Origin: an uncultured Bacilli bacterium
GTDB lineage: Bacteria > Bacillota_I > Bacilli_A > RF39 > UBA660
Assembly (NCBI GenBank): GCA_947581835.1
Contig: CANPVV010000001.1
Coordinates: forward strand, 9,685-73,684
Direction of reading: 5' to 3'
DNA length: 64,000 bases
Made by a program: the position numbers and the translations under genes. Under the pieces are notes generated by a model. That model searched no databases. It was given only the letters and a program-made list of their open reading frames with translations, and was not told where the DNA came from. Position 1 is the stretch's first letter, and each line of letters begins with the position of its first letter. Of this stretch, positions 47,019-60,200 are shown in pieces.

Positions 47019-47486
47019 ATGAATTATGGTGAAAAACTAAAAGAATTAAGAGAATATAATAATATAAATAGACGAGTTAGTCAAAAAGAAGTTGCTGAAG
47101 CAATAGGTATCAAAAGAAGTTCATATAATCAATTTGAACAACAATATGATATTATTCCTATTAAAAGATTAAATCAAATTGCCAATTTTTTTAATGTTTC
47201 TATTGATTATATTTTTGATTTAACTAAAGAATTAAACTATTCAAAAGTTAACTATAATATAGATTTAGAAAAATCTAGTCAAAGGTTAAAAGAATTTCGC
47301 AAAAATAATAAACTAACTCAAATAGAACTAGCAAAAATATTAAAAGTTTCTCCTTCTGTAATAATTCATCATGAAACCAAAAGAAATCCTTTAGGTACCC
47401 CTTTTCTTTATGAGTTATGTTTTAAATATAATATCTCTGCTGATTATTTATTAGGAAGAATTGATTATCCTAAAAATTTTAAGTGA
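47019..47486 (+). CDS. XRE-family regulator with two HTH domains
   Basis: Paralogue of the gene at 43314-43772. The preferred ATG is 47019, after GGTGA. TGA stop. Confidence 0.8.
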   Translation: MNYGEKLKELREYNNINRRVSQKEVAEAIGIKRSSYNQFEQQYDIIPIKRLNQIANFFNVSIDYIFDLTKELNYSKVNYNIDLEKSSQRLKEFRKNNKLTQIELAKILKVSPSVIIHHETKRNPLGTPFLYELCFKYNISADYLLGRIDYPKNFK

Positions 47487-47503
47487 TAGATTTGGTGAAA
47501 TAT

Positions 47504-47971
47504 ATGAACTATGAAAGTAATCTAAAAAAATTAAGAGAAATAAATAATCTAACTCAAGAAGAACTTGCCGAAATTCTAAATATTAATAGAACAACCTATA
47601 ATCATTATGAAAATAACTATGTAACCATACCAATTAAACACTTAATAAAAATAAGTGAATACTTTAAAATCTCAATAAACTACTTATTAGGTTTTACCAA
47701 TGATTTAGATAAATCTACCATAACCAATAAAACAAATTTAAATATTTTTAAAGAAAGACTAAAAGAATTTAGAAAAACAGAAAATTTAAAACAAGAAAAT
47801 CTTGCTCAAATACTAAACACCACTCAAGGAGTTATAGCTAACTATGAACGAGGCAGAAACTATATTGCCACTCCCTTTTTATTTGATTTATGTAAAAAAT
47901 ACAATTATTCTGCTGACTATCTCTTAGGTTTAACTGATAAGCCTAAATATATCAAAATAAAAGAAAACTAA
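47504..47971 (+). CDS. XRE-family regulator with two HTH domains
   Basis: A paralogue of the gene at 43314-43772. A 66-nt stretch near its 3' end (47891-47956) matches 43698-43763 with 2 mismatches. The preferred ATG is 47504, after GGTGA. Confidence 0.8.
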   Translation: MNYESNLKKLREINNLTQEELAEILNINRTTYNHYENNYVTIPIKHLIKISEYFKISINYLLGFTNDLDKSTITNKTNLNIFKERLKEFRKTENLKQENLAQILNTTQGVIANYERGRNYIATPFLFDLCKKYNYSADYLLGLTDKPKYIKIKEN

Positions 47972-47982
47972 TTATTTAATTA

Positions 47983-48027
47983 AAAAATACTAGCTTTAAC
48001 TTCTTAACTTTTCTAGTATTTTTTTAT
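47983..48027. terminator. Bidirectional terminator (rpoC / HTH genes)
   Basis: The AAAAATACTAG ... CTAGTATTTTT stem is flanked by A/T runs. Confidence 0.6.
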
Positions 48028-48045
48028 ATAAAAAGAAGAAAACAA

Positions 48046-51000
48046 TTATTCTTCGTTTTCTTCTTCTAAATTCTCATCATCAGTTAAATCATCAAATGTT
48101 ATTGGAGCATTTTCTTCAATAGTCTCTTCTTCTTTTTCTTGTGTATCTATTGTTTGTTCTTCGCTATTACCTTCTTGATTATTTTCTGTATTTTCAATTG
48201 GTGCTCCATTTTCATCTAACAATTTATCTTCTAAAAATTCAGCGGCATCATTATCCATAAATTCTTTCTCAAGATAAATATCAATATCGCTATATTCTTT
48301 AGCTCCTGTACCTGCTGGAATAAGTTTTCCAATAATAACATTTTCTTTTAATCCTCGCAAGTAATCAACTCTACCTTTAATTGCTGCATCTGTTAATACT
48401 CTAGTTGTCTCTTGGAATGATGCAGCAGATAAATAACTATCAGTCTCTAAAGATGATTTAGTAATACCAAGCATTATAGGTCTACCAGTCGCTGGTATTC
48501 CCCCTCTTAATATTACTGGTTTATTACCTTCTGTAAAATCATGCATTGAAACAGTAAGGCCCTCTACAAAATCTGAATCTCCAGCATCAACAATTCTAAC
48601 TTTATTAATCATTCTCTTAACAATAATTTCTACGTGTTTATCGTTAATATCAACACCTTGTAATTTATATACTGATTGAATTTCTTTTAAGATATATTCT
48701 TCAGCAGTAAGTGGGTCAGTAACCGCTAGTAATTCTTTAGGTGCAATTGAACCTTCTGTTAATTTTTCACCAGCTACTACAGTATCCCCAACTTCAACTC
48801 TAAGTTTAGTATTATAGTTAGTTATGTGTTCTCTAACACCAGCTTCATTTTCAACTACAACTTTATGTTTTCCACCTTGATCTTCAATATGAATAACTTT
48901 ACCATTAATTTCTGATATAGTTGCTTTATATTTAGGAGTTCTAGCCTCAAATAACTCTTCAACTCTTGGAAGACCTTGAGTAATATCGTCTCCTCCCGCA
49001 ACACCACCAGTATGGAATGTTCTCATGGTAAGCTGAGTACCAGGTTCTCCAATAGATTGAGCTGCCATAATTCCGACTGCTTCTCCAGTTTCAACTAAAT
49101 TACCAGTCGCAAGATTTCTTCCATAACATTTTTGGCAAACTCCATTTTGAGTCTTACAAGTAAGTACACTTCTAATTTCAACCTTTTTAACTCCGGCTTT
49201 AATAATCTTAGCGGCGATATTTTCTGTTATTAATTCATCTTTATCTACAATCATTTCTTTAGTTTCTGGATTAATAACTTTTTTCGCTGTATATCTACCT
49301 AAAATTCTTTCACTAAGTGATTCAATTACGGAACCATCTTTATCATTAACTAAATCATATACTTCTACACCTGAGATTGTACCACAATCAAATTCTTTAA
49401 CAATTATATCTTGGGCAACATCTACTAAACGACGTGTTAAATAACCTGAATCGGCTGTTCTTAACGCTGTATCAGCTGAACCTTTTCTTGAACCATGAGT
49501 TGATAAGAAGAACTCTGATACATCTAATCCTTCAATAAAACATGAAGTAATTGGAATTTCAACTGTTGAACCATCTGGCTTAGCCATTAATCCACGCATA
49601 CCTGCAAGTTGGGTAAAATTCGAAATAGAACCACGCGCATTAGAATTCATCATCATAAATATTGGATTATCAAAATCATTTGCTGATATTTCTTGAAGTT
49701 CTTTCTTAACTTCATCATTAGCTTCTGTCCAAATCTGAATAACACTATTATAACGCTCTTCCTCAGTTATTAAACCTCTCTTAAATTGTTTATTAACCTT
49801 TTCAACTTTTTCTTGAGCATTCTTAATAATTTCACCCTTTTTACTACTTCTAACTATATCTGATACAGAAACTGTAATACCCGCAACCGTTGAATATTTA
49901 AATCCTAAATCTTTCAATTTATCAAGCATTATAGATGTTTCTGTAGTTTTATATCTCTTAAATACTTGAGCAATAATCCATTCTAAAGTTTTCTTAACAA
50001 ATGGTTTTGATAATTCCATACCCTTTATTACTTCTGGAATATTCTCTCCCATCGAAATAAAAAACTTATTAGGTGTAATCCCTTCAATATTTTCTTTAGT
50101 TCCTTCATTAACATATGGAAAACTATCTGGCAATATTTCATTAAATATAATCTTACCTACAGTTGTAACTAAATACTTATCTTGTTGTTCTTCAGTAAAT
50201 AATTTATATTTAAAAGATCTAACAGGAATAGCAATTCTTGTATGTAAAGTAACTTCTCTTCTCTCATATGCCATTAAAGCTTCATTTGTATTCTTAAATA
50301 CTTTACCCTCATTTTCTTCATTAGCTTTTTCAATTGTTAAATAACAATTTCCTAAAACCATATCTTGTGAAGGTGTAACAATAGGTTTACCATCTTTAGG
50401 ATTTAAAATATTACTTGCTGAAAGCATTAATATTCTAGCTTCCGCTTTAGCTTCTTCTGAAAGAGGTATATGAACTGCCATTTGATCTCCATCAAAATCC
50501 GCATTAAAACCTGTACAAACTAAAGGATGCAATCTTATCGCTTTACCACCAACTAATTTTGGTTCAAAAGCTTGAATACCTAATCTATGTAATGTTGGTG
50601 CTCTATTAAGTAATACAGGATGCTCAGTAATAACATCTTCTACAATATCCCAAACACATTCATCTCTTGTATCAATTAACTTTTTAGCTCCCTTAATATT
50701 ATGAGCAAGACCTCTTTCTACTAAACCATGAATAACATGAGGTTTAAATAACTCTAAAGCCATCTCTTTAGGAAGTCCACATTGATACATTTTTAAATTA
50801 GGTCCAACAACTATAACAGAACGTCCAGAATAATCAACTCTTTTACCTAATAAATTTTGACGAAAACGTCCTTGTTTACCTTTAAGCATACTAGATAAAC
50901 TCTTTAAAGGTCTATTTCCTGCCGCAGTTATAGAACGTCCTCTTCTTCCATTATCAAATAAAGAATCAACTGCTTCTTGAAGCATTCTCTTTTCATTTTG

Positions 51001-51843
51001 AACAATTATTGTTGGTGCTCCTAACTCCAATAATTTTCTTAATCTATTATTTCTATTGATAATTCTTCGATATAAATCATTTAAATCAGAAGTTGCAAAT
51101 CTTCCTCCATCAAGTTGAATCATTGGTCTTAATTCTGGTGGAATAACTGGAAGTACATCTAAAACCATCCATTCTGGTTTATTTCCTGATTCTTGAAAAG
51201 CAACTAAACAATCTAAACGCTTAACTAATCTAATTCTTTTTTGACCAGTCGCATTCTCTAATTCTTTTCTTAAATCTGCTACTTCTTTATCTATATCAAC
51301 CATACTAAGAAGCTCTTTAATAGCTTCTGCACCCATTCCAACTTTAAAGGAATTACCATATTTCTCGTAATAAGCCCGATATTCTTTATCAGATAAAGTT
51401 TGCTTTTGTTCTAAAGGTGCATTTCCAGGATCAATTACTACATATGATACAAAATATAATACTTCTTCTAAGTCTCTTGGTGACATATCAAGAACAAGCC
51501 CCATCTTTGAAGGTACACCTTTAAAGAACCAAATATGAGAGCAAGGAGCAGCAAGTTCAATATGTCCCATTCTCTCTCTTCTTACTCTTGATTTTGTAAC
51601 TTCAACCCCGCATCTATCACATATAACATTTTTATATCTTAAACGTTTATATTTCCCACAGCTACATTCATAATCTTTAGTAGGTCCAAAGATTTTTTCA
51701 CAGAATAAGCCTCCTCTTTCCGGTTTTAAAGTTCGATAATTAATTGTCTCTGGTTTTTCTACTTCCCCATAAGACCAACTTCGAATTTTCTCTGGTGATG
51801 CAATACCTATTTTAATACCTTTGAAATTATTAACATCTATCAT
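48046..51843 (-). CDS. rpoC: DNA-directed RNA polymerase subunit beta'
   Basis: NADFDGDQM catalytic motif and a zinc-binding N-terminus ([23 protein letters not shown]). The 1265-aa product has an acidic C-terminal tail. Confidence 0.97.
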   Translation of the reverse strand: MIDVNNFKGIKIGIASPEKIRSWSYGEVEKPETINYRTLKPERGGLFCEKIFGPTKDYECSCGKYKRLRYKNVICDRCGVEVTKSRVRRERMGHIELAAPCSHIWFFKGVPSKMGLVLDMSPRDLEEVLYFVSYVVIDPGNAPLEQKQTLSDKEYRAYYEKYGNSFKVGMGAEAIKELLSMVDIDKEVADLRKELENATGQKRIRLVKRLDCLVAFQESGNKPEWMVLDVLPVIPPELRPMIQLDGGRFATSDLNDLYRRIINRNNRLRKLLELGAPTIIVQNEKRMLQEAVDSLFDNGRRGRSITAAGNRPLKSLSSMLKGKQGRFRQNLLGKRVDYSGRSVIVVGPNLKMYQCGLPKEMALELFKPHVIHGLVERGLAHNIKGAKKLIDTRDECVWDIVEDVITEHPVLLNRAPTLHRLGIQAFEPKLVGGKAIRLHPLVCTGFNADFDGDQMAVHIPLSEEAKAEARILMLSASNILNPKDGKPIVTPSQDMVLGNCYLTIEKANEENEGKVFKNTNEALMAYERREVTLHTRIAIPVRSFKYKLFTEEQQDKYLVTTVGKIIFNEILPDSFPYVNEGTKENIEGITPNKFFISMGENIPEVIKGMELSKPFVKKTLEWIIAQVFKRYKTTETSIMLDKLKDLGFKYSTVAGITVSVSDIVRSSKKGEIIKNAQEKVEKVNKQFKRGLITEEERYNSVIQIWTEANDEVKKELQEISANDFDNPIFMMMNSNARGSISNFTQLAGMRGLMAKPDGSTVEIPITSCFIEGLDVSEFFLSTHGSRKGSADTALRTADSGYLTRRLVDVAQDIIVKEFDCGTISGVEVYDLVNDKDGSVIESLSERILGRYTAKKVINPETKEMIVDKDELITENIAAKIIKAGVKKVEIRSVLTCKTQNGVCQKCYGRNLATGNLVETGEAVGIMAAQSIGEPGTQLTMRTFHTGGVAGGDDITQGLPRVEELFEARTPKYKATISEINGKVIHIEDQGGKHKVVVENEAGVREHITNYNTKLRVEVGDTVVAGEKLTEGSIAPKELLAVTDPLTAEEYILKEIQSVYKLQGVDINDKHVEIIVKRMINKVRIVDAGDSDFVEGLTVSMHDFTEGNKPVILRGGIPATGRPIMLGITKSSLETDSYLSAASFQETTRVLTDAAIKGRVDYLRGLKENVIIGKLIPAGTGAKEYSDIDIYLEKEFMDNDAAEFLEDKLLDENGAPIENTENNQEGNSEEQTIDTQEKEEETIEENAPITFDDLTDDENLEEENEE

Positions 51844-51845
51844 TA

Positions 51846-54800
51846 TTACACCTCTTCCCCTAGAGTTTCATCTTCTATATCTTGTAAATCCTCATCATCT
51901 GGTTCTTCTTCATCAAAGTCATCATCGTCAAACTCATCGTCATCTTCATCAATTGAATCATAATCTTCTTCCGGCATATCTTCTAAAATATCTTCATTTT
52001 TAAGTTCTATTTCACCATCACGTATACTTGCCTCAGCATCTATTTCTTCAATTTTTAAAGTATCTTCTTTATCTTCTTCTTCCTCTAACTCTTTAAATTC
52101 AATTACTTTATCATCTTTATCAATAATTTGCATATCTAAACCTAAAGCTTGGAATTCTTTAATTAATACTCTAAATGACTCTGGCACTCCTGCTTGATTA
52201 ACTGTTTTACCTTTAACTAAAGCCTCATACACTTTAACTCTACCAATAATATCATCGGCTTTAACTGTTAAAATTTCTTGTAAAACATGTGCTGCTCCAT
52301 AAGCATATAATGCCCAAACTTCCATTTCTCCAAATCTTTGACCACCAAATTGTGCTTTACCACCAAGAGGCTGCTGTGTAACTAAAGAATAAGGTCCGGT
52401 TGCTCTCGCATGTAACTTATCATCAACCATGTGATGCAATTTAAGCATATACATAACTCCAACACTTATTCTGTGATCAAATGGTTCTCCAGTTCGACCA
52501 TTATAAAGAATAGTTTTTCCATCAGGCTCCATACCTGCGGTATCCATTTCTTCTCTTATATCTTCCCAAGTTGCACTATCAAATACTGGTGTTGCATAAT
52601 GTACTCCTTGCATTTTACCAGCCATACCTAAATGCAACTCTAAAATTTGACCGATATTCATACGAGATGGTACACCTAATGGATTAAGCATTACATCAAC
52701 TGGTCTTCCATTTGGTAAATAAGGCATATCTTCTTCTGGAAGTACCAACGAAATAACACCTTTATTACCATGACGACCTGACATTTTATCTCCAACTTGA
52801 ATTTTTCTCTTTTGAATAATATAAACTCTTATTATCTTTGAAACACCTGCTGGAAGTTCATCTGAATTTTCTTTAGTATATATTTTAACATCATGAACAA
52901 TACCCGCTGCTCCATGTTCTACTCTTAAAGAAGTATCTCTAACTTCTCTTGTCTTTTCACCAAATATCGCATGTAATAATTTTTCTTCACTCGTAAGTTC
53001 TTGAACCCCTTTAGGAGTTACTTTACCAACTAAAATATCTCCTTCTTTAACTTCTGTTCCAATTCTAACTATACCATTAGAATCTAAGTTCTTTCTTGCT
53101 TCTTCTCCTACATTTGGAATATCTCTTGTAATCTCTTCTGGTCCAAGTTTTGTATCACGACAATCAATATCATAATGCTCTAAATGTAAAGAAGTATAAA
53201 CGTCATCTTTAACTAATCTTTCATTTAAAATTACTGCATCCTCATAGTTATAGCCATTAAATGTCATGAACGCTACTGTCATATTCTTACCTAAAGCAAG
53301 TTCACCTTTTTCTGTAGAAGGTCCATCCGCAATAACTTCACCCCTGTGAACTTTATCACCTTTTCTAACAATTGGATTATGATTTAAAGCAGTAGATGCA
53401 TTAGTTCTTTCAAAATCAGCTAAATAATAAGTATCTTTACCTTTAGCATTCTTAACAATAATTTTCTTAGCATCAACATATTGAACTACTCCATCCGCTT
53501 TACAAACTACAGTTGAACCTGAATCACGAGCCGCAATATATTCTACTCCTGTTCCAACAATTGGTGCTTCACTAGTTAAAAGAGGTACTGCTTGACGTTG
53601 CATATTAGCACCCATCAAAGTACGGTTTGCATCATCATATTCTAGGAATGGAATACAACTTGTTGTAATTGCAACAATTTGACTAGGAGCAACATCAACA
53701 AAGTTAACACTTTCTCTTTTAGCCATAACATTATCGCCATTTAAACGACACAAAATTTCATCATTAATAATTCTATTTTTATCATCTAATTTAACTGTAG
53801 CTTGCGAAATATAATAATCATGTTCTTCATCAGCAGTCATATATACAACCTCATCAGTTACTACTCCATTTAAAACTTTTCTATAAGGAGTCATGATAAA
53901 GCCATATTCATTAATTTTAGCATACCCAGCAAGAGAAGTTATAAGTCCAATATTTTGACCTTCTGGAGATTCAATAGGACATATTCTTCCATAGTGAGAT
54001 GCATTAACGTCTCTAACATCCATACCCGCTCTATCTCGAGAAAGTCCTCCAGGTCCTAAACTAGATAAACGTCTTTTATCTGTAAGTTCTGCGATAGGAT
54101 TTATTTGATCCATGAATTTTGATAATTGTGAAGAACCAAAAAATTCTTTTAAAGCCGCAGTAACTGGTCTAATATTTATTAATGTTTTTGGTGTAACTGA
54201 ATCAAGCTCTTGAGTTGTCATTCTCTCTCGAATAACTCTCTCCATTCTTGACATACCAGTTCTAAAAACATTTTGGATTAATTCTCCAACTTGTCTTACA
54301 CGGCGATTTCCTAAATTATCAATCTCATCTGTACTTCCAATATTATCATGTAAATTTAAATAATAAGATATAGATGCATAAATATCCGGTATAGTTAAAC
54401 GTCTAACATCTGTTGCTTGGTCATTACCTATTATCTTAATTATTCTTTGTGGATTTTCTTTATCATATACTAAAACCTCTTGAATTTTATCATATTCATC
54501 AAGTTCTTCATTAATAATCGTTTTCTTTAAATTATACCCACCTGCAAATATAGGTTTTAAAACTTCTAAAACTTCTTTAGTAACTAAAGTTCCAGCTTTA
54601 ACTACAACCTCTTTACCATCTTTAATATCTTCTGCTAAAGTACAACCTAATAATCTATCTACTACATTTAATTTTTTATTAAATTTATAACGTCCAACTT
54701 TAGCTAAATCATAACGAAATCTATCAAAAAATCTTGTTACTAATTGGTTTTTACTACTATCAAGCGTTGCTGGTTCCCCTGGTCTTAATTTTTCATAAAT

Positions 54801-55505
54801 TTCAATTAATGCTTCATCTGTATTTCGAGTTGAATCTTTTTCAATTGTATTAGTTAAATAATCATTTTCTCCAAATACTTGATAAATATCTTCATCACTT
54901 GATAAACCAATAGCTCTTAAAAAGGTTGTAACTGGCACTTTTCTAGTTCTATCAATTCTAACATACATGATATTTCTTGCATCAACTTCATACTCTAACC
55001 AAGTACCTTTATTAGGTATTACTTCCCCACTTATTATCCTTCTACCATTTTTATCAATTTCTCTTTTAAAATAAATAGATGGACTTCTAACTAATTGAGA
55101 AACAATTACTCTTTCGGCACCATTAATAATAAATGTTCCTGAATCCGTCATAAGTGGCATATCGCCTAAGAATATTTCCTGTTCTTTAACTTCACCTGTC
55201 TCGTGAATAAATACTCTTGCTTGAACCTTTAAAGGTGCTGCATAATTTACCATTCTTTCCTTTGCTTCTTTTACAGAATATCTAGGTACATCAAAAGAAT
55301 ATTCGCCAAATTCTAGCGAAATATTACCAGTAAAAGATTCAACTGGGAATAAATCATCAAATACCTCTTTAATACCCACTTCCAAGAATTCTTGATAACT
55401 CTTTTTTTGAATTTCAAGTAAATCTTGCAACTCCATAGTGTTTCGACTTCTAGAGAAGGTTCTTCTTTCTCTATGGTCTCCAAATTTTTCAACTTTATAA
55501 GCCAC
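51846..55505 (-). CDS. rpoB: DNA-directed RNA polymerase subunit beta
   Basis: Rif-cluster region [34 protein letters not shown]. The 1219-aa product has a long acidic C-terminal tail. Confidence 0.97.
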   Translation of the reverse strand: MAYKVEKFGDHRERRTFSRSRNTMELQDLLEIQKKSYQEFLEVGIKEVFDDLFPVESFTGNISLEFGEYSFDVPRYSVKEAKERMVNYAAPLKVQARVFIHETGEVKEQEIFLGDMPLMTDSGTFIINGAERVIVSQLVRSPSIYFKREIDKNGRRIISGEVIPNKGTWLEYEVDARNIMYVRIDRTRKVPVTTFLRAIGLSSDEDIYQVFGENDYLTNTIEKDSTRNTDEALIEIYEKLRPGEPATLDSSKNQLVTRFFDRFRYDLAKVGRYKFNKKLNVVDRLLGCTLAEDIKDGKEVVVKAGTLVTKEVLEVLKPIFAGGYNLKKTIINEELDEYDKIQEVLVYDKENPQRIIKIIGNDQATDVRRLTIPDIYASISYYLNLHDNIGSTDEIDNLGNRRVRQVGELIQNVFRTGMSRMERVIRERMTTQELDSVTPKTLINIRPVTAALKEFFGSSQLSKFMDQINPIAELTDKRRLSSLGPGGLSRDRAGMDVRDVNASHYGRICPIESPEGQNIGLITSLAGYAKINEYGFIMTPYRKVLNGVVTDEVVYMTADEEHDYYISQATVKLDDKNRIINDEILCRLNGDNVMAKRESVNFVDVAPSQIVAITTSCIPFLEYDDANRTLMGANMQRQAVPLLTSEAPIVGTGVEYIAARDSGSTVVCKADGVVQYVDAKKIIVKNAKGKDTYYLADFERTNASTALNHNPIVRKGDKVHRGEVIADGPSTEKGELALGKNMTVAFMTFNGYNYEDAVILNERLVKDDVYTSLHLEHYDIDCRDTKLGPEEITRDIPNVGEEARKNLDSNGIVRIGTEVKEGDILVGKVTPKGVQELTSEEKLLHAIFGEKTREVRDTSLRVEHGAAGIVHDVKIYTKENSDELPAGVSKIIRVYIIQKRKIQVGDKMSGRHGNKGVISLVLPEEDMPYLPNGRPVDVMLNPLGVPSRMNIGQILELHLGMAGKMQGVHYATPVFDSATWEDIREEMDTAGMEPDGKTILYNGRTGEPFDHRISVGVMYMLKLHHMVDDKLHARATGPYSLVTQQPLGGKAQFGGQRFGEMEVWALYAYGAAHVLQEILTVKADDIIGRVKVYEALVKGKTVNQAGVPESFRVLIKEFQALGLDMQIIDKDDKVIEFKELEEEEDKEDTLKIEEIDAEASIRDGEIELKNEDILEDMPEEDYDSIDEDDDEFDDDDFDEEEPDDEDLQDIEDETLGEEV

Positions 55506-55601
55506 GATTTCACCCCAATATCTAAATTTTTTTTAGTGCTCATTTAAAGAAAAAACAAATACGTCACCAATTTAAAATTGTAGCAACATTTCCTAAACTT
55601 G

Positions 55602-56216
55602 TCAATTATTTTTTAAAACAAAAATATAAAAACCTTTACTTTTTTCTTTAATTTCTACCTTATAAGAACAATCTAATTCCTTTAAAATACTTTTAACCCC
55701 TTGATCTTTTCTTATAACGCCCCAAACTTCACCATCTTCCCTTAAAAACTTTTTCGCACTCTTAAGTATTTCTAATACTACTTTTTTACCTGCTCTAATA
55801 GGTGGATTAGTAATTATTAAATCATACTTACCTTGAACTTTATCATATATATCACTCTCTTTAAATGAGACACTTACATTATTTAATTTAGCATTTTCGC
55901 TCGCTAACTTAATAGCTCTTTTATTTATATCTACGCCTATTCCTTCAATATTTAACTCTCTACTTAAAACAATACTTAAAAAACCATAACCACAACCCAC
56001 GTCTAAAAAATTAGTTATTTTTCTTTTATTCTTTAAATAAGTCTCTACTAATAATATACTTCCATAATCTATCTTATTTTTTGAAAATACTCCATTATCA
56101 CTTATAAATTCATAATCATAAGAATTATAATTATATTTTATAACTCTCTTCTCACTTTTAATATTTTCATTATTAATAAAATAGTGGTTCAAATTCCTAT
56201 CCCCTTTGTCGTACAC
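55602..56216 (-). CDS. Class I SAM-dependent methyltransferase (RsmC/YbxB-like small MTase)
   Basis: LDVGCGYG (motif I) and ITNPPIRAGK (NPP motif). Its position upstream of rpoB matches B. subtilis ybxB. Confidence 0.8.
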   Translation of the reverse strand: MYDKGDRNLNHYFINNENIKSEKRVIKYNYNSYDYEFISDNGVFSKNKIDYGSILLVETYLKNKRKITNFLDVGCGYGFLSIVLSRELNIEGIGVDINKRAIKLASENAKLNNVSVSFKESDIYDKVQGKYDLIITNPPIRAGKKVVLEILKSAKKFLREDGEVWGVIRKDQGVKSILKELDCSYKVEIKEKSKGFYIFVLKNN

Positions 56217-56264
56217 TTTTAGTATATCAAATTATAAAAAATAGTCAAGAAAAATCTTGACATT

Positions 56265-57200
56265 TTAAAAAGATATTTTATAGTCCATTGGATAATATTC
56301 AGTAATCATAATTTTATTTTGGTCTTTATCAATTATATTATAAACTACTTCTCCATCACTTTCTTTTTTAGCATAACTAAAAATATTTGTACTAATTCTC
56401 GCTCTAATATCATTAGCACTCTCTAAAAAAGCCTCATAAGATGGATAAATATCTTTCATCTCCTCATCTAATCTTTCATAAGCAAGTCTCGGATTAAAAT
56501 AAATTAAATTTACAAAATCACTTATATATGATGCTAATATATTTTCTTCTAAAGCACTATAAATTCTAAAAGTATTTCCCTTTTCAATTTTTTTAAATTC
56601 TAACTTATAACTAGATGCATAACTTTTAATATTTACTTCACTATTTATAGGTCGAACAACAAATCTATTTCCATCACTAATTACTAAATAATTAACATTA
56701 TCTATAAAAAGAGGATTTTCTCCTAGCATATCTGTATTCATAAAATACCCATTAACAAAATAATAAGTTAATGAACTACCCGCATTATAATATATTTCTC
56801 TTGCTAAATAAGAGGTCGAACTATAATTATTAGGAAAAAAAGTTAAAACATTATTAATAGTAATGTTATTCTCTTCTATATATTTAGAATCAAGTATATT
56901 ATATAATTTATCCTGATTAGCTAAAGTTAAAACATTATAAAAATCATTAATAGCTAATTGAACTCTAAAAAATTCTTCTCTCTTATCTAATCTTGTAATA
57001 CTTGTTTTAAAATTTTGACTTTCTTGTAAGTTTCCTGGATCAGGATCTACTTCATTAGGAAAACTTACCGCATTATTATTATTATTATTATTTCCTACCT
57101 CATCATCATTTTTAAGAAAACTTAAAATTAAAACCAAAAGTGTAATCAAAGCTAAAATTATTGCTACCAAAAAAATCATTTTCTTTTTTGCTTTATCCAT
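56265..57200 (-). CDS. Membrane-anchored hypothetical protein (311 aa)
   Basis: N-terminal TM segment and a poly-Asn linker, with no recognisable domain. The stop of the upstream hydrolase gene lies 12 nt from its start. Confidence 0.65.
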   Translation of the reverse strand: MDKAKKKMIFLVAIILALITLLVLILSFLKNDDEVGNNNNNNNAVSFPNEVDPDPGNLQESQNFKTSITRLDKREEFFRVQLAINDFYNVLTLANQDKLYNILDSKYIEENNITINNVLTFFPNNYSSTSYLAREIYYNAGSSLTYYFVNGYFMNTDMLGENPLFIDNVNYLVISDGNRFVVRPINSEVNIKSYASSYKLEFKKIEKGNTFRIYSALEENILASYISDFVNLIYFNPRLAYERLDEEMKDIYPSYEAFLESANDIRARISTNIFSYAKKESDGEVVYNIIDKDQNKIMITEYYPMDYKISF

Positions 57201-57211
57201 GAATTATCCTC

Positions 57212-60200
57212 CTATTTACAACCATTATTAACATATGTAGTATAAGTATCTAAATATAAACCAATTCTTTCTTCACAATGATATGCCGCTGGATTTTCAA
57301 ATTGAACACAAAATTGATAAGCCATATCTCTTGGTGAATGATTCTCTAACATATATTTATAAATTTCTTTATAAGTTTTAAATTCATCATAAAATCTTTG
57401 GGTTTGCATCTTTAAATCTCCAATTGAAACTTTATTTGCCTTCGCAAAATCATATAAAGCTTGTTTTCTTGACGAATAAGTCCACTGAATAAGACCATAT
57501 CCTGCTGAATCATGTACAAAACTATGCTCAGAATAAGTCCCATCATCTACTGCTTTAGTATAACTACTATCACTATAACCTAACTTATTTTCATATTTAC
57601 CTTCCAAATTTATTGGATTAAAACTACTTTCGGCTTGAATATTTACCATCATACCAATTACAGCATTTTTAGAAAAACCACTTGCAAGCATGGTATTACA
57701 TACATAATTTTTAGCATCACTTGCATTTCCCTGAGCCATAAAAGTTCCATCAACTCCAATTGGTCTTGGATTATCTGGCGAAACATAATCTAAAGGATCA
57801 ACTTTTGTTCCATTAACTCTTACCTCAAAATGTAAATGTGGTCCTGATGTATTACCCGTATTATCTGAATATGCAATAATCTGTCCTGTTACAACACTAT
57901 CTCCAACTTTTACTAATGGTTCAAGTAAATGACCATATCTCGTCTCATAACCATCACCATGATCTATAAAAACATAATTTCCTAAACGGCCTCCACAAGC
58001 ACTATCTCCTTCTTTACACCCACTGTTTACTTGAGTTACTGTTCCATTTCTAGCAGCAATAATAGGTGTACCTGTTGCAGTTCCAATATCTATTGCCCCA
58101 TGATTAGTTGATGCTCCTGGTACTGGTGCACTTCTTGGCCCAAAAGTTGATGTTACTCTAACTGAAACAGGAGTTCCCCCATAAATATTTCCTTCACTTG
58201 GATTTGCACTTCCAATCGGCCACCACCAAGCATTATAACCTGCTAAAGTATAATAAGTACAATAATCACTTAAATTATATAAACTAAGTTTTGAACTATT
58301 ACTTTTATTAACTCTTGAACTTATAATGCTAAATATATTTTTATAATCTTGATTACCATAATGAATACCTTCACTATCATAATTACTTATCGCAGTCTCT
58401 GTAAAATTTAAATTAATATACTTTAAATTTTTTATTCCCCCATTATTTATTAAAGCACCCAATTCTTTATTAAAATTATTTATTCCTTCATTATCTACAT
58501 AAACTGCTTTACTATCTAAAACTGGTCCTACCGAAACAACATAAATATTATGATTACGCCACTCATTACTTGCTAAACTAGCATATCTACTATAATAAGT
58601 ATCAGCATTATAAGTTGTATAATCATTTACTCCTAACCAAATAACTATATTATAATTACCACTTCCCATTAAACTATTAAGACCATTTATTCCCCCACTT
58701 GTCGCATTTGTTTTACTACTATCAAAGCTTCCTCTTCCCACTAACCAATCATAACCATAACCAACTCCATAAATTGTATGACTATTATTAATAACTCCAC
58801 TATTAAGTATTCCAAGCATTCTTGAATCACCTAAATAAAAAGTTTCTCTTTTATCTATACTTGTATCTTCATCTACTTTACTATTTTTAAATAAACCATC
58901 CAAAATACTTTCATAATTTTTAGTTTTAGCATCTTCTTCCATCCTACTTAAAATGGAATCTGAAAAATCTAAGGCATTATCCATACTTAAAGATGCAATT
59001 TCACTTTGATATGATTCTGCTACATAAATATAATTACTTATATCCGAATATAAATTATTTAATTTACTTATATATGAACTATCTGCCACTCCTAAAGTAG
59101 AACAACCAACCTCAGGATTACAATAAGAAACTTCTCCTGCACAGCCATCAAGTTCTATATTTTTAGAACTACTATTATAATTACCATAACTTAAAGCATT
59201 AGTCTTTATTAAAATCATAAGTGCTTTTAATGCTTCATCACTATAAGTTGCCCCTTTAGTATAATAATATGTAGAACCAATAACAAACTCTTGCAAAGTA
59301 AGTTTACTCTGATTTCCATCACAAGTATCAATATTTACAGCCGTTTCATTATAATTACAAGCATTATCAAAATAACCATTAAACGCGAAAGGATCTTTCT
59401 TTCGAGAAGAATTAATAATTATTATTAGAAAAAGAAGTAAAACAAAAATCCCCAACAATAAAGCTCCAATAATAAGCATCTTTTTAAGATTACTCTTTCC
59501 TAGTATTTCTTCTACTAGTCCACTACTTAAATTATCGCTTTTGCCTTCTTGACTTTCTGTACCTCCAGGGTTTTCTACAGTGTTATTATCTAAACCTGGA
59601 TTAACGCTTTCACTATCCAAAGAGGTTTCTACTTCATTAGTATCTATATCGTTACTACCTTCTACTTGGTTATCTAAAGTATTCTCTTCTTCCGCAATTT
59701 CACTTTCATTATTAAAAATATTTCTAATATTCCCTCGAAAACCATTTTTTGGAGTATTTTCTTTAGGACTTGCCTCGCCCTGATTACTTCGCCATCTATT
59801 AATTTTATTATGAGTACTACCTAAATTATCTAATTCATTACTATTATTTTCTTCATCACTTGAATTATTAGATTTATCTCCAACTTCCATTTCTCCATCT
59901 ATACTATTATCTTTATTACTATCTCCAACATTATAATCATTATAATTATTATTATTTTCTTCTTCTCTTCTATTTTCTGTTTTATCATTGGTGTTTAAAT
60001 TTTCTTGTTTATTTTCTCTTTCTTTTCTAACATTTCCACTCTCATTGGTAATATCTTCTATTTTATTACTAGAAGAATTTAAATTTGGTCTAAATCTTCT
60101 TCCAATTTGCTCACCCTTATTTAAAGTTTTATCAACCTTTTCTTTTGCATCATCATAATTTTTTGGAGTATCATCTGAAACTAAAGATTTTTCTTTTACT

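Noticed and set aside
47484-47486. An alternative genetic code (TGA = Trp, as in Mollicutes), suggested by the extreme AT content.
   Set aside because: TGA terminates the ORF at 47019-47486 and the small ORF at 63061-63198. All long conserved genes are intact under the standard code, with TGG encoding Trp.
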